Assembly (NCBI RefSeq): GCF_009914755.1
Contig: NC_060934.1
DNA: 64,000 nucleotides
Strand: one strand, 5' to 3'
Source of the DNA: the human T2T-CHM13v2.0 reference genome, Homo sapiens
Part shown: piece after piece, positions 34,831 to 49,214 of the stretch
Numbering within the stretch: position 1 is the stretch's first letter
Layout: each line of letters opens with the position of its first letter
Notes under the pieces: generated by a model
Databases searched by the model: none
The model's input: the letters and a program-made list of their open reading frames with translations, nothing else
Told to the model about the DNA's origin: nothing
Position numbers and translations under genes: made by a program

Positions 34831-36209
34831 ATGTCTTGTAAGGCTGTGGGGCAGGGCCTTCTGTGAAATGAGAGTCTTATGACCTAGAGTCAAACAAGAT
34901 AGGTCAGATAATTATTGTTATGGCCATAATTTACACAGAAAGGTGGAGGGAAAGTTAGAGTAGTATCTTTAGTTTTTATGGCTGGCTTTGGGAAAAATGG
35001 ATTCTGATTCCTATGACCTACCTTGGGGAAGAAAGATTCTAATTTCTGTAACTAGTTTAGAGGAAAAGAGGATTGAGATATAAGAGAGTGAGAGAAGCTC
35101 ATAGAAAAACTTTTGCTTCTGAAGCCTTTATTTGGGGCATTGTTTGCTGAGTCCTGGCATTAATAGAGTTGTATGTTGGTTCTCTTATTAATCTGCCAAT
35201 CATCAATTGATTTTTAGTGAAACACCAGAGAGCAAAGGGGAAGTTTTCCCTTGGCCCCTATAGCTGCCATTTGACTGGAGGGAGATATTTTGTTTTCTTT
35301 CTATTACTGGACAGTAAACATGCCTTCCATTCCCTTGAAGAAAAATACTATCTCTATATGCCAACACTGTTCACTCTATAAATTTCTTTAAAAAAAAAAC
35401 AGGTGGAATGCAGGGAAGTCAGTGCCCCCTACTTATCAAATGTGCGGAAATGTGAAAGACCTTGCAGAATGGTCTCCCAATAGGCATTTACCAATTTTGA
35501 TCAATTACACACTCCTTACATGGTTTGTTTCATTCATAATCTACATCCTCTACCAGACTATAAACTCAAGGCATTTACATTTTATTTCATTTTTGCCTAT
35601 TTATTGGTAAAACAATGTTTGGCACACAATGAATATTCAATAAAGTTTTGCTAGATGAATAAATGAATGAATGGCACAGTAAGCAAGAACTAACACCATG
35701 CCAGAACATGGGTAGATGATTAAGAATCTTAATAAATTAATGAGATGCACTGCTTTAAAATCAGTAAAATTTTGAAATTTTTGAATAATATTTGATAGCT
35801 TGGAAAAATACTTGTTACTTCTGTTATATATAAAAGTACATAATCTACATGTAGAAGATGATTTCATGATTGTAAAAATGCACAAAACAAGCATAAATAT
35901 TTGCATAGGAAAATTATGAAGAAAAATACACCAAATGTAAATTATTCTGGAATGGAAGAATTACACATTATTTTTGTTCTCTATCTTTTCTATTTTCTAA
36001 ATATTTATGTTATTTATGCACACTTTTTAATAATTAGAAAAACAAACATCCTCATATTCAAATCTTTGTTATTTCATAAAGTGAAGAAGTGAAAGGCAGG
36101 CGAACAGAAACTATAGACTCTGCTTTCTAATCCCCTCACCAAATACAGAGATCCTCTCCAAGATGCCTAAAAGGAAGAAATTCTGCTAGTATCACTCAAT
36201 AGCTCATGG

Positions 36210-36252
36210 TCAATATTCTTCAGATAATGGATAACAAGGGTGATTAGCAGCA
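36210..36252 (-). pseudogene. Pseudogene exon 9
   Basis: (F)AANHPCYPLSEEY*; acceptor reads tttcaa (AG to AA). Confidence 0.85.
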
Positions 36253-36385
36253 TTGAAATAGAAAAAAGAATATTAATTTATAATTCTTTTCCCACTCTGC
36301 GAATGCAAGTGTTTTTCCGAAGGTACAGTGAGGGTTTGCTAGCATCCCATAACATGTATCTCTAATATCTAGACATGCAAAAAGT

Positions 36386-36860
36386 TGTTGGGAACAGGCC
36401 CCCAAATCTGGCCATAGACAGGCCCCAAAACTAGCCATAAACAAATCTCTGCAGCACTGTGACATGCTCATGATGGCTATGACACCCACACTGAAGGTTG
36501 TTTGTTTACCGGAATGATGGCAAGGAACAGCTGGCCCACCCAGGGCAGAAAACCACTTAAGGCATTCTTAAACCGCAAACAATAGCATGAGCGATCTGTG
36601 CCTTATGGACATGTTCCTGCTGCAGATAACTAGCCAGAGCCCATCCCTTTGTTTCCCATTTTAGTTAATCTATAATCTATAGAAACAATGCTTATCACTG
36701 GCTTACTGTCGATAAATATGTGGGTAAGACTCAGTGGCTCTCAGCTCTGAAGGCTGTCAGCCCCCTGATTACCACTCCACACTCTATATTTCTGTGTGTG
36801 TGTCTTTAATTCCTCTAGTGCCACTGGGTTAGGGTCTCCACGATCAAGCTGGTCTCAGCA
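36386..36860 (+). mobile_element. MER9 solo LTR (HERVK9 group)
   Basis: TG...CA ends (tgttgggaacaggcccc...ctcagca); 6-bp TSD aaaagt at 36380 and 36861. Confidence 0.85.
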
Positions 36861-38538
36861 AAAAGTGATTACTGTTTGATTACTTGTAGGAATTCTTGTT
36901 ATTCAGTAATAGTAGTATTATTTGTTTTCCTTTTCCCGTGTTCTTTTTTTTCATTTTTATAATTTGTCCTTTCCAACTGAATGTGAATAATGAGTACCTT
37001 TTCAGTAGTTAGTGTGCCAGGAGCTGTGATATTGAATAGGGTCACAGAGATGAGTAAGACAAGTCTAAACACTCTCATGAGGGAGGCCACAGATTTCTAC
37101 TTAAAGCCTTTCAGTATGTAAAAGTCACTTCCCACATTTTTGTTCGTTCAAAAATGTCTTCTCTCAGAATCCTGGTATGGTTTCACAAAAAGAAGAGAGA
37201 CTGTTCACATATTTTTGGGGGGGACTGAATCTTTATTCTCATAACTAAAATTTTTTCCCTATTTCTGAAATAGTCATATTTTTATTTTATTTTAGTTTTT
37301 GGTAATTATTCTACCAGTTTGGAGTGCAGAAGTGGAAAATATGATGCTATTACATTGCTAAGCAGCAAAATGAGCATATATTTCCAAGCCATGCTAATTA
37401 TGATATTATATATGTAATGTATAAGTAATATAATGAATCAAGGGATTATAAATAGAATTTTAAGCTAATATGCTCTACAACAATCCAGGTTTTTTTTTAA
37501 GTGAAGCATAAAATGACATAGAGGTTTTTCTTTTTTTGATTTTTGCATATAAAATCTCTGTCGGGTGCAAACACACATAAAAAATTTCATTTTTTCCCTA
37601 TTTCTACACTCCCCTCCAAACTTCTTTGTGTTTGATTCCTCTTCTTTCTCCTCAATCCTGAGATCCTGCCACAGTTAATCCAATGGAACGTCATGTTTGT
37701 GAACAAACCAAAGTTAAGGGATGTTGGGTTCCCCAGAGATGGGCTTCAGATGGACAAAGATGACACTGGAGTAAGAGTCTTGCCCTGAGGATCCAGAGAA
37801 ACTCCAGAGGATCTTATCTTGGTAGAGGCCATAGGGGACACCTCAGTCACTAGCACTGAGGGTCTATTAATTTCATAATTCATTTATCATTCAGGTTGGT
37901 GAGATTTATAGAGCTGAGAAAATGAGAGTTGCGACAGGCGAAGAAAGCCAAGGAAGACATAAATTTGGGAGATATAAATGGTGTCCTGAAAAGGTAATGC
38001 CACATTAAGGAGAAATGCCACTGGACTCTTACGGGAGGACATGGAAGCAGGGCCCACTGTGACTTCCCTAGGACCTATGCACATTTACCTACCTGGGCCC
38101 ATCTCCATAAAAATATTAAAATTATGTCTTACGTTGCCTCGGTGGAGACACAAAGAGGGACCAGGTTTGAGTCATTATTACATATTTGTTATCATATTAA
38201 TTTTTCTTTTTTTAGCATAAATTAAGACAGCCCTGTGCCTTCTAGTCTAATGGGTAAGAGGGTCCAAAGCGTAGGACCCAGGCACAGGTAGTGAGGGCAT
38301 CAAAAAAAGTGATTCACAATGGTGCAGACATAGGCAGTGTTACTTACAGACCAACATTCCTGTTGGGTCAGAAATTGAGCCCTGGAGGAAACCTATGGTC
38401 TGAGGGCTACAGTGAATCTCCTGTTTCACCCCATGCCTGAATTCAGGCCTGTCTTCCTGATGTAGGAAAGATGTGTCCCTCTGTTTTTGTGCATCCTGCA
38501 GAAAATGGTCTGTGAAAGAATCTGCAAGCAACACTTAC

Positions 38539-38621
38539 AATTGTAACTTAGCATGTCGGAGATTTCCGTTGAGGCTGTCAATGGCTTTCATGTCCTCTGG
38601 AGTCAACTCAAAGTCAAAAAC
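38539..38621 (-). pseudogene. Pseudogene exon 8
   Basis: tttcag|[27 protein letters not shown]|gtaagt. Confidence 0.9.
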
Positions 38622-39727
38622 CTGAAAGGCAGGCGATACTCACATTAACCTTTCCCAGGACAGCAGCTTCTACCTGGGAATCCAAGGACTTTGCAAGGGG
38701 CAAAGGCAAGGATGGCATTAGGGGAGGCATTTCTATCCTCATCGGCTTCCAGGTGCACCTGGCCTGGGACCTCTTCCACCTGAGCTCTGCCTCTTCTCCA
38801 TCCCACCCCTCTTCTATTCTGCACCACTTCTCAAAAGAAAGATGTGCACTCATCAATCTAAAATATTTCTAGAAAATTGCTTGAGACAGAAAAAGGAAAT
38901 CACTTGTTTTAAAATGGAAAAGAAAGTGTAGACACAATACCTGCCACCTGGACTTGACCACACTTGGTCAGGCTCTTGTTTCCCCACTTCCCCGGGAACT
39001 TGATCCAGCCTTAGACTGAGCAACCCTTAAAACACGGAACAATCCCATTCAAGAAACCAACCTAGACTTAAGCAAGAGAAATTTATTCAAAGGGTAGAAC
39101 TCTGAGCATAACATCTATGTGTCTCAAAGATCAGTCAGAAAACATTTTTTATAACGACAAGCAAACACAGCTGCAAATAGACAGTATTCAGGGGTCATGA
39201 GGTGAGCAAGTAGAACAGTTGATCAGGAAATGCTTTTTCTGGGGCAAACATATTAGTATAATTATGGTGTTCTACACATAGAAAGAGACAAGCAAACTAA
39301 TAAAAATACCCAAAGACTTTAACAGGTACTACTATAAAGAAAACTCTAAGAGAATATATGAAATTCATACTGAGTAAAGAAGGAAATGAAAAAAATCAGC
39401 AATGATTTGGAGACTAGAGAACACCTAATCCAACTCCTCATTTCAGAAAATCAAGAAAAGCAGATGTCGCTAGCACAGGAATGCATAATAAATTGCCAAC
39501 TTAATGTTGAAACCCAAATCTCTGGTTTTGGTCCCATCCTAATTCTCTCCACCCATGCTGCCTCTTCTGTGGTAGAGTAGAAAACCTTTAGGATGTACAG
39601 AAAGCATTTGTGCATAGGAAATAACCAGGAAATGGACTTAGTCCAACAGTATCCTGCTCTCACCTTACAGGAAGCACATGTGTGAAGGACACCATGCAGG
39701 AGTCCTAATGCCCACCCAACGCCTCAC

Positions 39728-39893
39728 CTGTATGTTCTCTCTGATCTGCTGTTCATTGGAGCTCTTGACCAGGACCACAGCCCCATGCTGCAGCTGGTAG
39801 CACAGAGCAATCAGGGCTGGGGATCACTTGTGCATTTTTGCCATGACACAAATAACTGGGTCCTCCAAAAGAACTGGTGAGTTCTGGTCCACC
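39728..39893 (-). pseudogene. Pseudogene exon 7
   Basis: [54 protein letters not shown]; AG/GT intact. Confidence 0.92.
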
Positions 39894-40164
39894 CTGGAAG
39901 GAAACCCAGAAATGCTGAAGCCCTGAGGCTGGATTCAGTTTGTTAGGCGGCTCCCTAAACAGACTAAGGTGTTCATTCTGCACCAGAGCGTCTCAAGTGA
40001 GGCCCCTGAATAACAGCAGCAGCATCACCTGGGATCTCGTCAGAAATGCAAATTCTCACCTTACCCTAACTCACTGAGAGTGAACTCCAGGAAAGAGAGT
40101 ACCATATAATTAAAATACTTCATCAAAATGGCATTTTAGGTAAACTTTCTGATGCTCTTATTAC

Positions 40165-40274
40165 CATAGTTCATGTCGTTGGGTTCCCAGAGCACTGTGG
40201 GCAACCAGAACAATGTCTTTTGACTTGCAGAAATCCAGCAGTTTGCTCTGGTTGAGGTAAGGATGACATTCCAC
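40165..40274 (-). pseudogene. Pseudogene exon 6
   Basis: [37 protein letters not shown]; AG/GT intact. Confidence 0.92.
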
Positions 40275-41820
40275 CTGCAGATGACAAAGATAGAAAAACA
40301 TCAGATAATATGAAACAGTTATGTTAATATAAAAAGATTACAGATTAAAGTAAAAGGAGGTGAATAAATATGTGTAGCATCAAATTTGAACTGACAATAT
40401 TACTGTCAACTAATTATCTTTTCCATCAAAATAAATTTTATATTGCTGTTTCCTAAAAGTATACATAGAAATGTCATTTCTGAGCACAAGCAACTCCATG
40501 GACCAGATCCAGTATCTAACTACCTTTGACCACTAGAAGGGCACACAGCCAATTCCAGCTCTGGGATAGGGTAGGATTCTGAGCTTTGGACATCAAATTG
40601 TGCCAGAAAGTAAAAATTTCTTCAAAGACTCATGAGGCCAGGTTTAAAATGCAAAATAAGTAGTTTTATAGGAATATTACTAGTAATGTTTGTATAGATT
40701 TGAACATCAAAAACAATAATAAGTAAAATCAATCATAAATTATAGCAAAAACAATTCATGGGTTCATAGTCATGAGAGATTAAAAGAGAGAGCAAAAATA
40801 TTTGCCTCCACTGATGGTGATTATTGCAGTAATTTCTTTCTAGGATATGAATAATTAAAGGGAAAGAGTTAAGCTTTTAGCACTTCTGAGAGGAATAACT
40901 ATTTCTTTTCTTGACTTGGTGAGGGATTCTTTTTTTCATAATAAAATGTAAAGTCAGAATAATAAAACTAGTAGTTAAAATTGAAAGTAATTACTTTAAA
41001 GCCCCAAGGAAAGAACAAATACAATAATAAAATAATAACACAATACAAAAAATTAAAACATTAAATTTTAAACAATACAATTGTAACAATTGTAAACAAT
41101 ACAAAAAATTAAAACATCATTGCTATATACTCAATCATTATGTGGAAATATGTTGTGGAATATAACTTCCCCTCTTGATAATTATCATCCAGCAGATTAC
41201 TAGTAATTGCAAAGGGGAAAACACATCTCTATGAAGATTAGATCTGGCCACCATTAACTTAACCAAGTGATCAAAATTAGCATGACTAATTGTGGGGCAA
41301 TCTGTCATTTCATGCTGCCTACTGCGGTGTAATTTCAGGGATACAGCAAGGTAGAGACAGTTTATCTCCAAAAATGTTTAACCTCGATGACATAAAGCAT
41401 TCAAGTATAACTTCTAATTTACAGAAAAGTACCTTTTGAAAACGTAAAAAAAAAAAGTTAACTTATCAAAATACAGTAAGATGAAAATCACAATTGGATT
41501 TTTTTTGTTTTCACGATACATCTTATATTTATTTACCACTTATTTAACATCTCTCATTGTTGTATAATTTTCTCTGTAGAAGTTGTACACATCTTTTATT
41601 AGGTATACTTTTGGTACTTAATATCTTTTTATATTATATGGTATCATTAATTTTTTTCATCTGCTGTTTATGGTTAAAAATAAGAGTTATAAAAGACCAT
41701 TCAAGGAAACAATGGTAAATCTCAATACAGATGGGGTATTAAATAATCTGAGGTCATTATTGGTACTTCCTTAGATATAACAGTTGTACTGTTACTGGGA
41801 GAATATCTTCATTCCTATGC

Positions 41821-44800
41821 TAGCTTTGAAAGCTACCCACCCTGGTAGCTTAACACAAAGGACATAAACTTTTGGGAACTCTGTGACCCTGCCTGTCACC
41901 TGAGAAACCAGAATACCTCCCCTAGGGCAACATAAGGCAAGCTCAAATCTCACAGCCGGTGCTCTTTTGCAAGAGCTGGAAACCAACCAACACAGTTCAT
42001 TACAGCATCCCTGGGTAGAATAACATTGCACCCAGGAAGAAGAAAACTTGTTTGTAATCTCAGCTGTCCCTGTTGCCTGCAACTACCTGACTAACAAGAA
42101 GTCCTGAGCCTGTCCCTGAGACATGTTCACTACTATTATATCCAGCATTTGAGAAAGCCAACACAAAATGGCTATCTGTAACCAAGGAATCTCACAGAGT
42201 CTATGTCACTTCCTTGACACCATCATGAGAGCTGGTGCTGGTACCCACTGCTGGGAGACATGAAGACAGGTCACATCACAGGATCCCTTGCCAATATTCC
42301 CCAGCACTAGCCCAGAGTTGGGCAACCCCACTGGGTGGCTAGACCCAGAAGAGCAATAGCAATCTATCACTGTAGTCTGGCTCTCAGGATCTTCTACTCC
42401 TAGTGTAATGGAAAGAGCGTCACATCAAGACAACATCCCGTAGCACAAAAATATCCAGATGGCAGGACTTGAGTTCCAGATCTTTACACTGGTGGGAAGT
42501 TTCTTTCAGCAGAGACACAATTTCAGTGCTAGATTCAGTAGGGAAAGTCTAAACCTCTACCACCAACAGTCAAATGGCCTTGGTGCTCATGAAGGGTCTT
42601 GGAGAAGGGGTCTTCTTTCCCCCCTTGTCCATCAATGCAGACATAGCTAGGGCTTCTCCTAAAGAAGCTCTGCATGGGTACACCTATACACAGCTTTCCT
42701 GGAACACTTCAGAATGACTGCATCCCCACAGGAGGAGCACTCCCCAGGTTCAGGCTTGCATGAGAGGCAGTCACAATTTCTCCCTACTTGGAACATCAAC
42801 ATTTCTACAGATGAAAAGAGGTACCTGTCTGATCTCAAGATTCAGAACACTGGGACAAGAGTGAGGCTGGGAAGTGCATAGCTTTCCTGTCAACCTGGTA
42901 TGGGAGCTGAGGTAGCTTCCCCCCTTTACGTTGATAAGATAGGGAATCCAATTGAGAGCTCTCCCAACCACATTGGGTACTTCATTTATCTACCTACTTT
43001 AACTACAAATGGTTCCTATCCAGAGATACCACCTCTACTGGCCTGGGGTGGTATCCCTGGGTAGGGGATACTCAATAAATAAAATAAACTCTATAAATAA
43101 AATACTGGGAAAAAATTGAATAAATAAAAAAGTGCACACAACAGGAGAATAAGATAAGCTTCAAGAGACTGCTGCCATTCCAACCCCATAGGAGACAGTG
43201 AACTTGCCCACACACTGAGTATATAGCTACTACAACCAGCATCTGAGGAAGCCGTGATACAAAGCCTCTCTATAACCAAGGAACTCATATAACTCTTCAC
43301 ACCTAATAGCACTAAGAACCCAATTAGGCTATTATAAACTATAAACATTAAAGTCAGTTCCTTAAAAGGGAAAAAAGACATTAAAGTAAAACAGGGAAAT
43401 CAAAAATAAATTCAAGAACAATTAGAAGAAATAGTCTATCAAAATGAGAGGACATCAGAAAAGTAATTATGGTAATATGACCAAACAAGATTTTGTCATC
43501 CCAAAACCCTGGGGTCACCCAAATCACCCCAAAAAGATCACACTAGCTCCCCAGCAATAAATCCAAACTAAGATAAAATATTTAAAATACCAGATAATGA
43601 ATTCAGAAGGTTCATTATTAAGCTACTCAACAAGATATCACAGAAAGGTGAAAAACAACCTAAAAATTTTTTTTTAAAAAATTCAGGATATAAATGAAAA
43701 ATTTTCCAAAGAGATAGATATCACAAAGAAAAACCAATCAGAACTTCTGGAAATGAAAGGCACATTTAGGGAAATACAATATGCAGTGGAAAGTTTCAAC
43801 AATAGACTAGAACAAGTAAAGGAAAGAATTTCAGAGCTCAAAGACAAGGCTTTTGAATTAACCCAATCAGACAATAAGAAAAAAGGATCAGGCTGGATGG
43901 GTGGCTCACACCTGTAATCCCAGCACTTTGGGAGGCCAAGCTGGGTGAATCACTTGAGGTCAGGAGCTCAAGATCAACCTGGCCAACATGGTGAAACCCA
44001 GTCTCTACTAAAAATATAAAAATTAGCCTGGCATGCTGGCATGTGCCTGTAATCCCAGCTACTCAGGAACCTGAGTCAGGAGAATCGCTTTAACCTGGGA
44101 GGAGGAGGTTGCAGCAGTGAGCCAAGATCATGCACCTGCACTCCAGCAGCCTGGGCAACAAAGCAAGACTCTGTCAAAAAAAAAAAAAAAAAAAAGAAAT
44201 GAACAAATTATCCAAGAAATATGAGATTATGTAAAACAGCCAAACCGAAGAATAACTGGTGTTCCTGAGGGAGAAGAGAACTCTAAAAGTTTGGAAAACT
44301 TACCTGAGAGAATAATTGAGAAAAACTTCCCTGGCCTGGCTAGAGATTTAGATATCCAAATAGAAGAAGCTCAAAGTACTCCTTGGAAATTCATTGCAAA
44401 AATATTACCACCAAGTCACATAGTCATGAGTCTATCTAAAGTCAACATGAAGGAAATAATCCTAAGAGAGGTGAGAAAAAAGCATCAGGTAACATAAAGA
44501 AGAATCTATCAGACTAACAGGAGACTTCTCAGCAGAAACCTCACAAACTAGGAGGGATTGAGGTCCTATCTTTAGCCTTCTTAAACAAAATAACTGTCAG
44601 CCAGAAATTTTGTATCCAGCAAAACTATATTTCATAAATGAAGGAGAAATACAGTCATTTTTAGGAAAACAAATGATGAAGGAATTTGACATTATCAAAC
44701 CAGTTCTACAAGGCATGCTATAAGGAGTTCTAAATCTTCAACCAAAAGGCTGTTATACACCACAATGGAACCTCCTGAAAGCATAAAACTCACAAATCCT

Positions 44801-47800
44801 ATAAAACAATAACACAACAACAGCAACCAAAAGTATTTAGGTAACAATTGAAATGATGAAAAGAACAGTACCTCACATCTGAATATTAACATTGAACATA
44901 AATGGCCTAAATGCTCCACTTAGAAGACACAGAATGGCAGAATGGATAATAAATCACAAACCAAATACCTGCTATCTTCAAGAGACTCACCTAACACATA
45001 AAGATTTGGATAAGCTCAAGTTAAAAAGGTGGGAAAAGAGATTCCATGCAAATGGAAACCAAAAGTATTCAGGAGTTGCTACTCTTATATCAGACAAAAC
45101 AGACTTTAAAGCAACAGCAGTTAAAAAAAAAGACAAAGAAAATAATTATATAATGATAAAAGAATCAATCCAGCAAGAATATATTACAATCTTAAATTTA
45201 TATGCACCTAATACTGGAGCTCCCAGATTTATAAAACTATTACTAGCAGACTTAAGAAATGAGATAGCAACACACTAATAGTGAGGGACTCAATACTCCA
45301 CTGTACAGCACTAGTCAGATAATCAAGGCAGAAAGTAAATAGGAAACAATGAATTTAACATACTATAGAAAAAAATTACTAAACAGATGTTTACAGAACA
45401 TTCTACCCGCCAACTGCGGAACATAGGTTCTTATCAGCACATGGAACATTCTCCAAGATAGACGATATGATAGGCCACAAAACAAGTCTGATTAAACTTG
45501 AGAAAATCCAAATTATATCAAGTATCTTCTCAGAACACAGTGGAATAAAACTAGAAATTGACTCTGAAAGGGACCCTCAAAACTATACAAATACATGGAA
45601 ATTAAATAATCTGCCCTTGAATGATTTTGGGTTAACAATAAAATCAAAATGGCAATTAAGTAATTTTTTGAAATAAATTATAATAGTGACACAATGAAGA
45701 CCTCTGGAATATAGCAAAAGCAGTGCTAAGAGGCAAGTTCATATCATTAAATGCCTACATCTAAAAGTCTGAAACAGCACAAATTGACAACCTAATATCA
45801 CACCTCTATGTACTAGAGAAACAGGAACTAACTAAACCCAAAGATATCTGAAGAAAAGAAATAATATCAGAACAGAACTAAATGAAATTGAAACAAAACA
45901 CCCCCACAAAAGATCAATGAAAGATAAAGCTGGTTCTTTGATGAGATGAAGAAACTTGATAGACCATTAGTGAGATTAACCAAGAAAAGGAGAGAAGATC
46001 CAAGTAAGCTCAATTAGAAATGAAACTGGACATATTACAAATGATATCACAGAAATACAAAAAATCATTCAAGACAACTAAGAACACCTTTATGTGCACA
46101 AACTGTAAAATCTAGAGTAAATGGATAAATTCCTAGAAACATACAACCTTCTTAGATTAGATCAGGAAGAAGTAGAAAACCAGAACAGACCAATAACAAG
46201 CACCAAGAATGAATCAGTAATAAAAAATTGCCAACAAAAAAAGCCAAGGATCAGATGGATTCACAGCAGAATTCTACTTGACATTCAAAAAGAAGTTGGT
46301 ACGAATCCTACTGAAAATATTCAAAAAGATAGAGAGAGAGGGAACTCTGCCTAAATTATTCTGTGAAGCCAGTATCACCCTAATACCAAAACGAGGAAAG
46401 GACATAACAAAAATAGAAAACTATAGGCCAATATCCCTGGTGAACATAGATTAAAAAAATCCTCAAGAAAATACTAGCTAAACAAATGCATCAGCATATC
46501 AAAAAGATAATACATCATGATCAAGTGGGTTCCATCCCAAGGGTGCAGGGATGGTATAACATAGGCAAGTCAATAAATATGATATATAACACAAAGAAAA
46601 TTAAAAAAGAAAAACCATATGGTTATCTCAATAGATGCAAAAAAAGCAATTGGTAAAATCCGCCATTGCTTTATCATTAAAACCCTCAACAAACTAGACA
46701 TAAAAGGGACTTCCCTGAAAATAATAAAAGCCATATATGACAAACCCAAAGCCAACATCATACTGAATGGAGAAAAGTTTAAAACATTCCCCTGAGAACT
46801 GGTTCAAGACAAGGATGCTCAATTTTACCACTTCTGTTAATATTAAACTTAATCCTGGAGGTCCTAGCCAGAGAAATCAAGAAAGAAAAAGTAAGAAAGG
46901 GCATTGAAATTTGAATAGAGGAAGTTAAAGTATTGCTGTTTGCCAATAATATAATCATATACCTACAAAACCCTAAAGACTCATCCAAAAGTCTCCTAGA
47001 TTTGATAAACAAATTCAGTAAAGTATCAGGTTACAAAATCAATGTACAGAAATTGATTTCTGCCATAAACCAGCAACAACCATGCTGAGAGTCAAATTAA
47101 GAAATCAAGCCCTTTACAACAGCTGTAAATAAAATAAAATAAAATCCCTAGGAACATACTTAATCAAAGAGATGAAACATCTCTACAAGGAAAACTATAA
47201 AACACTGCTAAAAGAAATGATACATAAGACAAACAAATGGAAAAACATCCCACGCTTACAGATAGAATCAATACTCTGAAAATGGCCATATTCTAAATTC
47301 ATATGGAACCACAAAAGAGCCACAATAACCAAAGCAATACTAAGCAAAAAGAAGAAATCTGGAGGCAGTACATTACCAGACTTTGAATTATACTAGAAGG
47401 CTGTAGTTAGGAAAGGAGCATAGTATTAATATAAAAATAGGCATTTAGATAAATGAAACAAAATAGAGAACCCAGAAATGAAGTCAAATACTGATCTTTG
47501 ATAAAGCAAACAAAAACATAAATTGGGGAAAATACTCTATTCAATAAATGGTGCTGGGATAACTGGTAAGCCACATGGAGAAGAATGAAACTGGATACCA
47601 TCTCTCCTTATACACAAATCAACTCAAGATGGATCAAAAACTTAAGTCTAAGACCTGAAACCATAAAAATTCTAGAAGATAACATTGGAAAAACTCTTCC
47701 TTACATTGGCCTCGACAAAGAATTTATCTCTAAGACCCCCAAAAGCAAATGCACAAAAAACAAAAATAAATAAATGGGACCTAATTAAACTAAAATAATT

Positions 47801-48783
47801 CTGCACAGCAAAAGAAATAATCATGAGAGTAAAGAGACAACCTACAGAATGAGAGAAAATTTTTGCAAACTACGCTTCCAGCAAAGGACTATTGTCCAGA
47901 ATCTCCAAGGAACTCAAACAAGTCAGCAAGATAAAAACAAATAATCCCATCCAAAAGTGGGCAAATGACACGAATAGACATTTCTCAAAAGTAGATATAC
48001 AAACAGCCAACAAACATATGAAAAAAGGTTCAACATTACTAATAATCAGGGAAGTGCAAATTAAAACCACAGTGAGACACCACCTTACTCCTGCAAGAAT
48101 GGTTATAATTTAAAAGTAAAAAAAAAACAAAAACAGTAGAAGTTGGCATGAATGTAGTGAAAAGAGAACACTTTTACATTGCTGGTGGGAATGTAAATGA
48201 GTAAAACTCCTATGGAAAACAGTATGGAGATTCCTCAAAGAACTCAGAAGTAGATCTGCCATTTGATCCATCAGTCCCACTACTGGCATCTATCAAAAAG
48301 AAAAGCTTGCATGAAAAAGACACATGCACACACGTGTATAGCAGTGCAATTCACAATTGCAAAAATATAAAACCAACCTAACAGTCCATTGACCAATGCA
48401 TGAATAATGAAAATGTGTTATATGTACATCATAGAATGGTGTATATGTAAAAAGGATTGAAATAATGTCTTTTGTAGCAACTTGGATGGAGATTAAGGCC
48501 ATTATTCTAAGTAATTCAGGAATGGAAAACCAAACACAGTACCTTCTCACTTATAAGTGGGAACTAAGCTATGAGGATGTAAAGACATACAGATGATATA
48601 ATGGCCTTTCAGGACTCAGTGTTGGGGGAGGTTGGGAGTAAGGTGAGGGATAAAAGCCTACATATTGAGTACAGTGTCCACTGATGGCCTGATGGGCTCG
48701 CTTAAATCTCAGAATCATCACTATAGAGTTCATTCATGTAATCAAAATCCACTTGTACCACAAAAGCCATTGAAATTAAAAAA
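41821..48783 (+). mobile_element. Near full-length L1PB-type LINE-1
   Basis: ORF1 fragments (44291), endonuclease (44892 NINGLNAPLRRHRMAEW), RT, and L1PB-type 3'UTR gggataaaagcctacatattgagtacagtg. Confidence 0.88.
43891..44195 (+). mobile_element. AluS inside L1PB ORF1
   Basis: Alu dimer with poly-A. Confidence 0.92.
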
Positions 48784-49046
48784 TGAGTGCATAAAAAATA
48801 TTTTACTGATCTGAGCTGCAGCTCAAAAAAGTAAAGTGATTTTCAAGTAACAAATTTGAACACAACAATGATGAGAAAGACATCATCATTTGCCGCCTTT
48901 TATTTTAGTTTTAATACATGAATATGTGTCAATAAATTGGAACCAGTAAGCACAATTCATCCACCTACAGATCCAGTTACAGAATTGTCATCTCCACACT
49001 ATCACATTAAATACATGTGCATGCATGCTTATCATAGGCACAGTAC

Positions 49047-49214
49047 TTTTGAAGTGTAGAATATGTCTTCTCTCTTCACACTGTCATCTGCAATCTTGCT
49101 TCAGATGGCCAGTCCAACCTGCTCCTCATTATTGTATAAATGAGCAGAATCAATATGGAAGAAACTAGCTTCTATTGCTAATTTTGTAACCTCCACAACT
49201 CTATTCCTAGGAAC
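49047..49214 (-). pseudogene. Pseudogene exon 2
   Basis: [55 protein letters not shown]; acceptor reads ctccgg (AG to GG). Confidence 0.92.
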
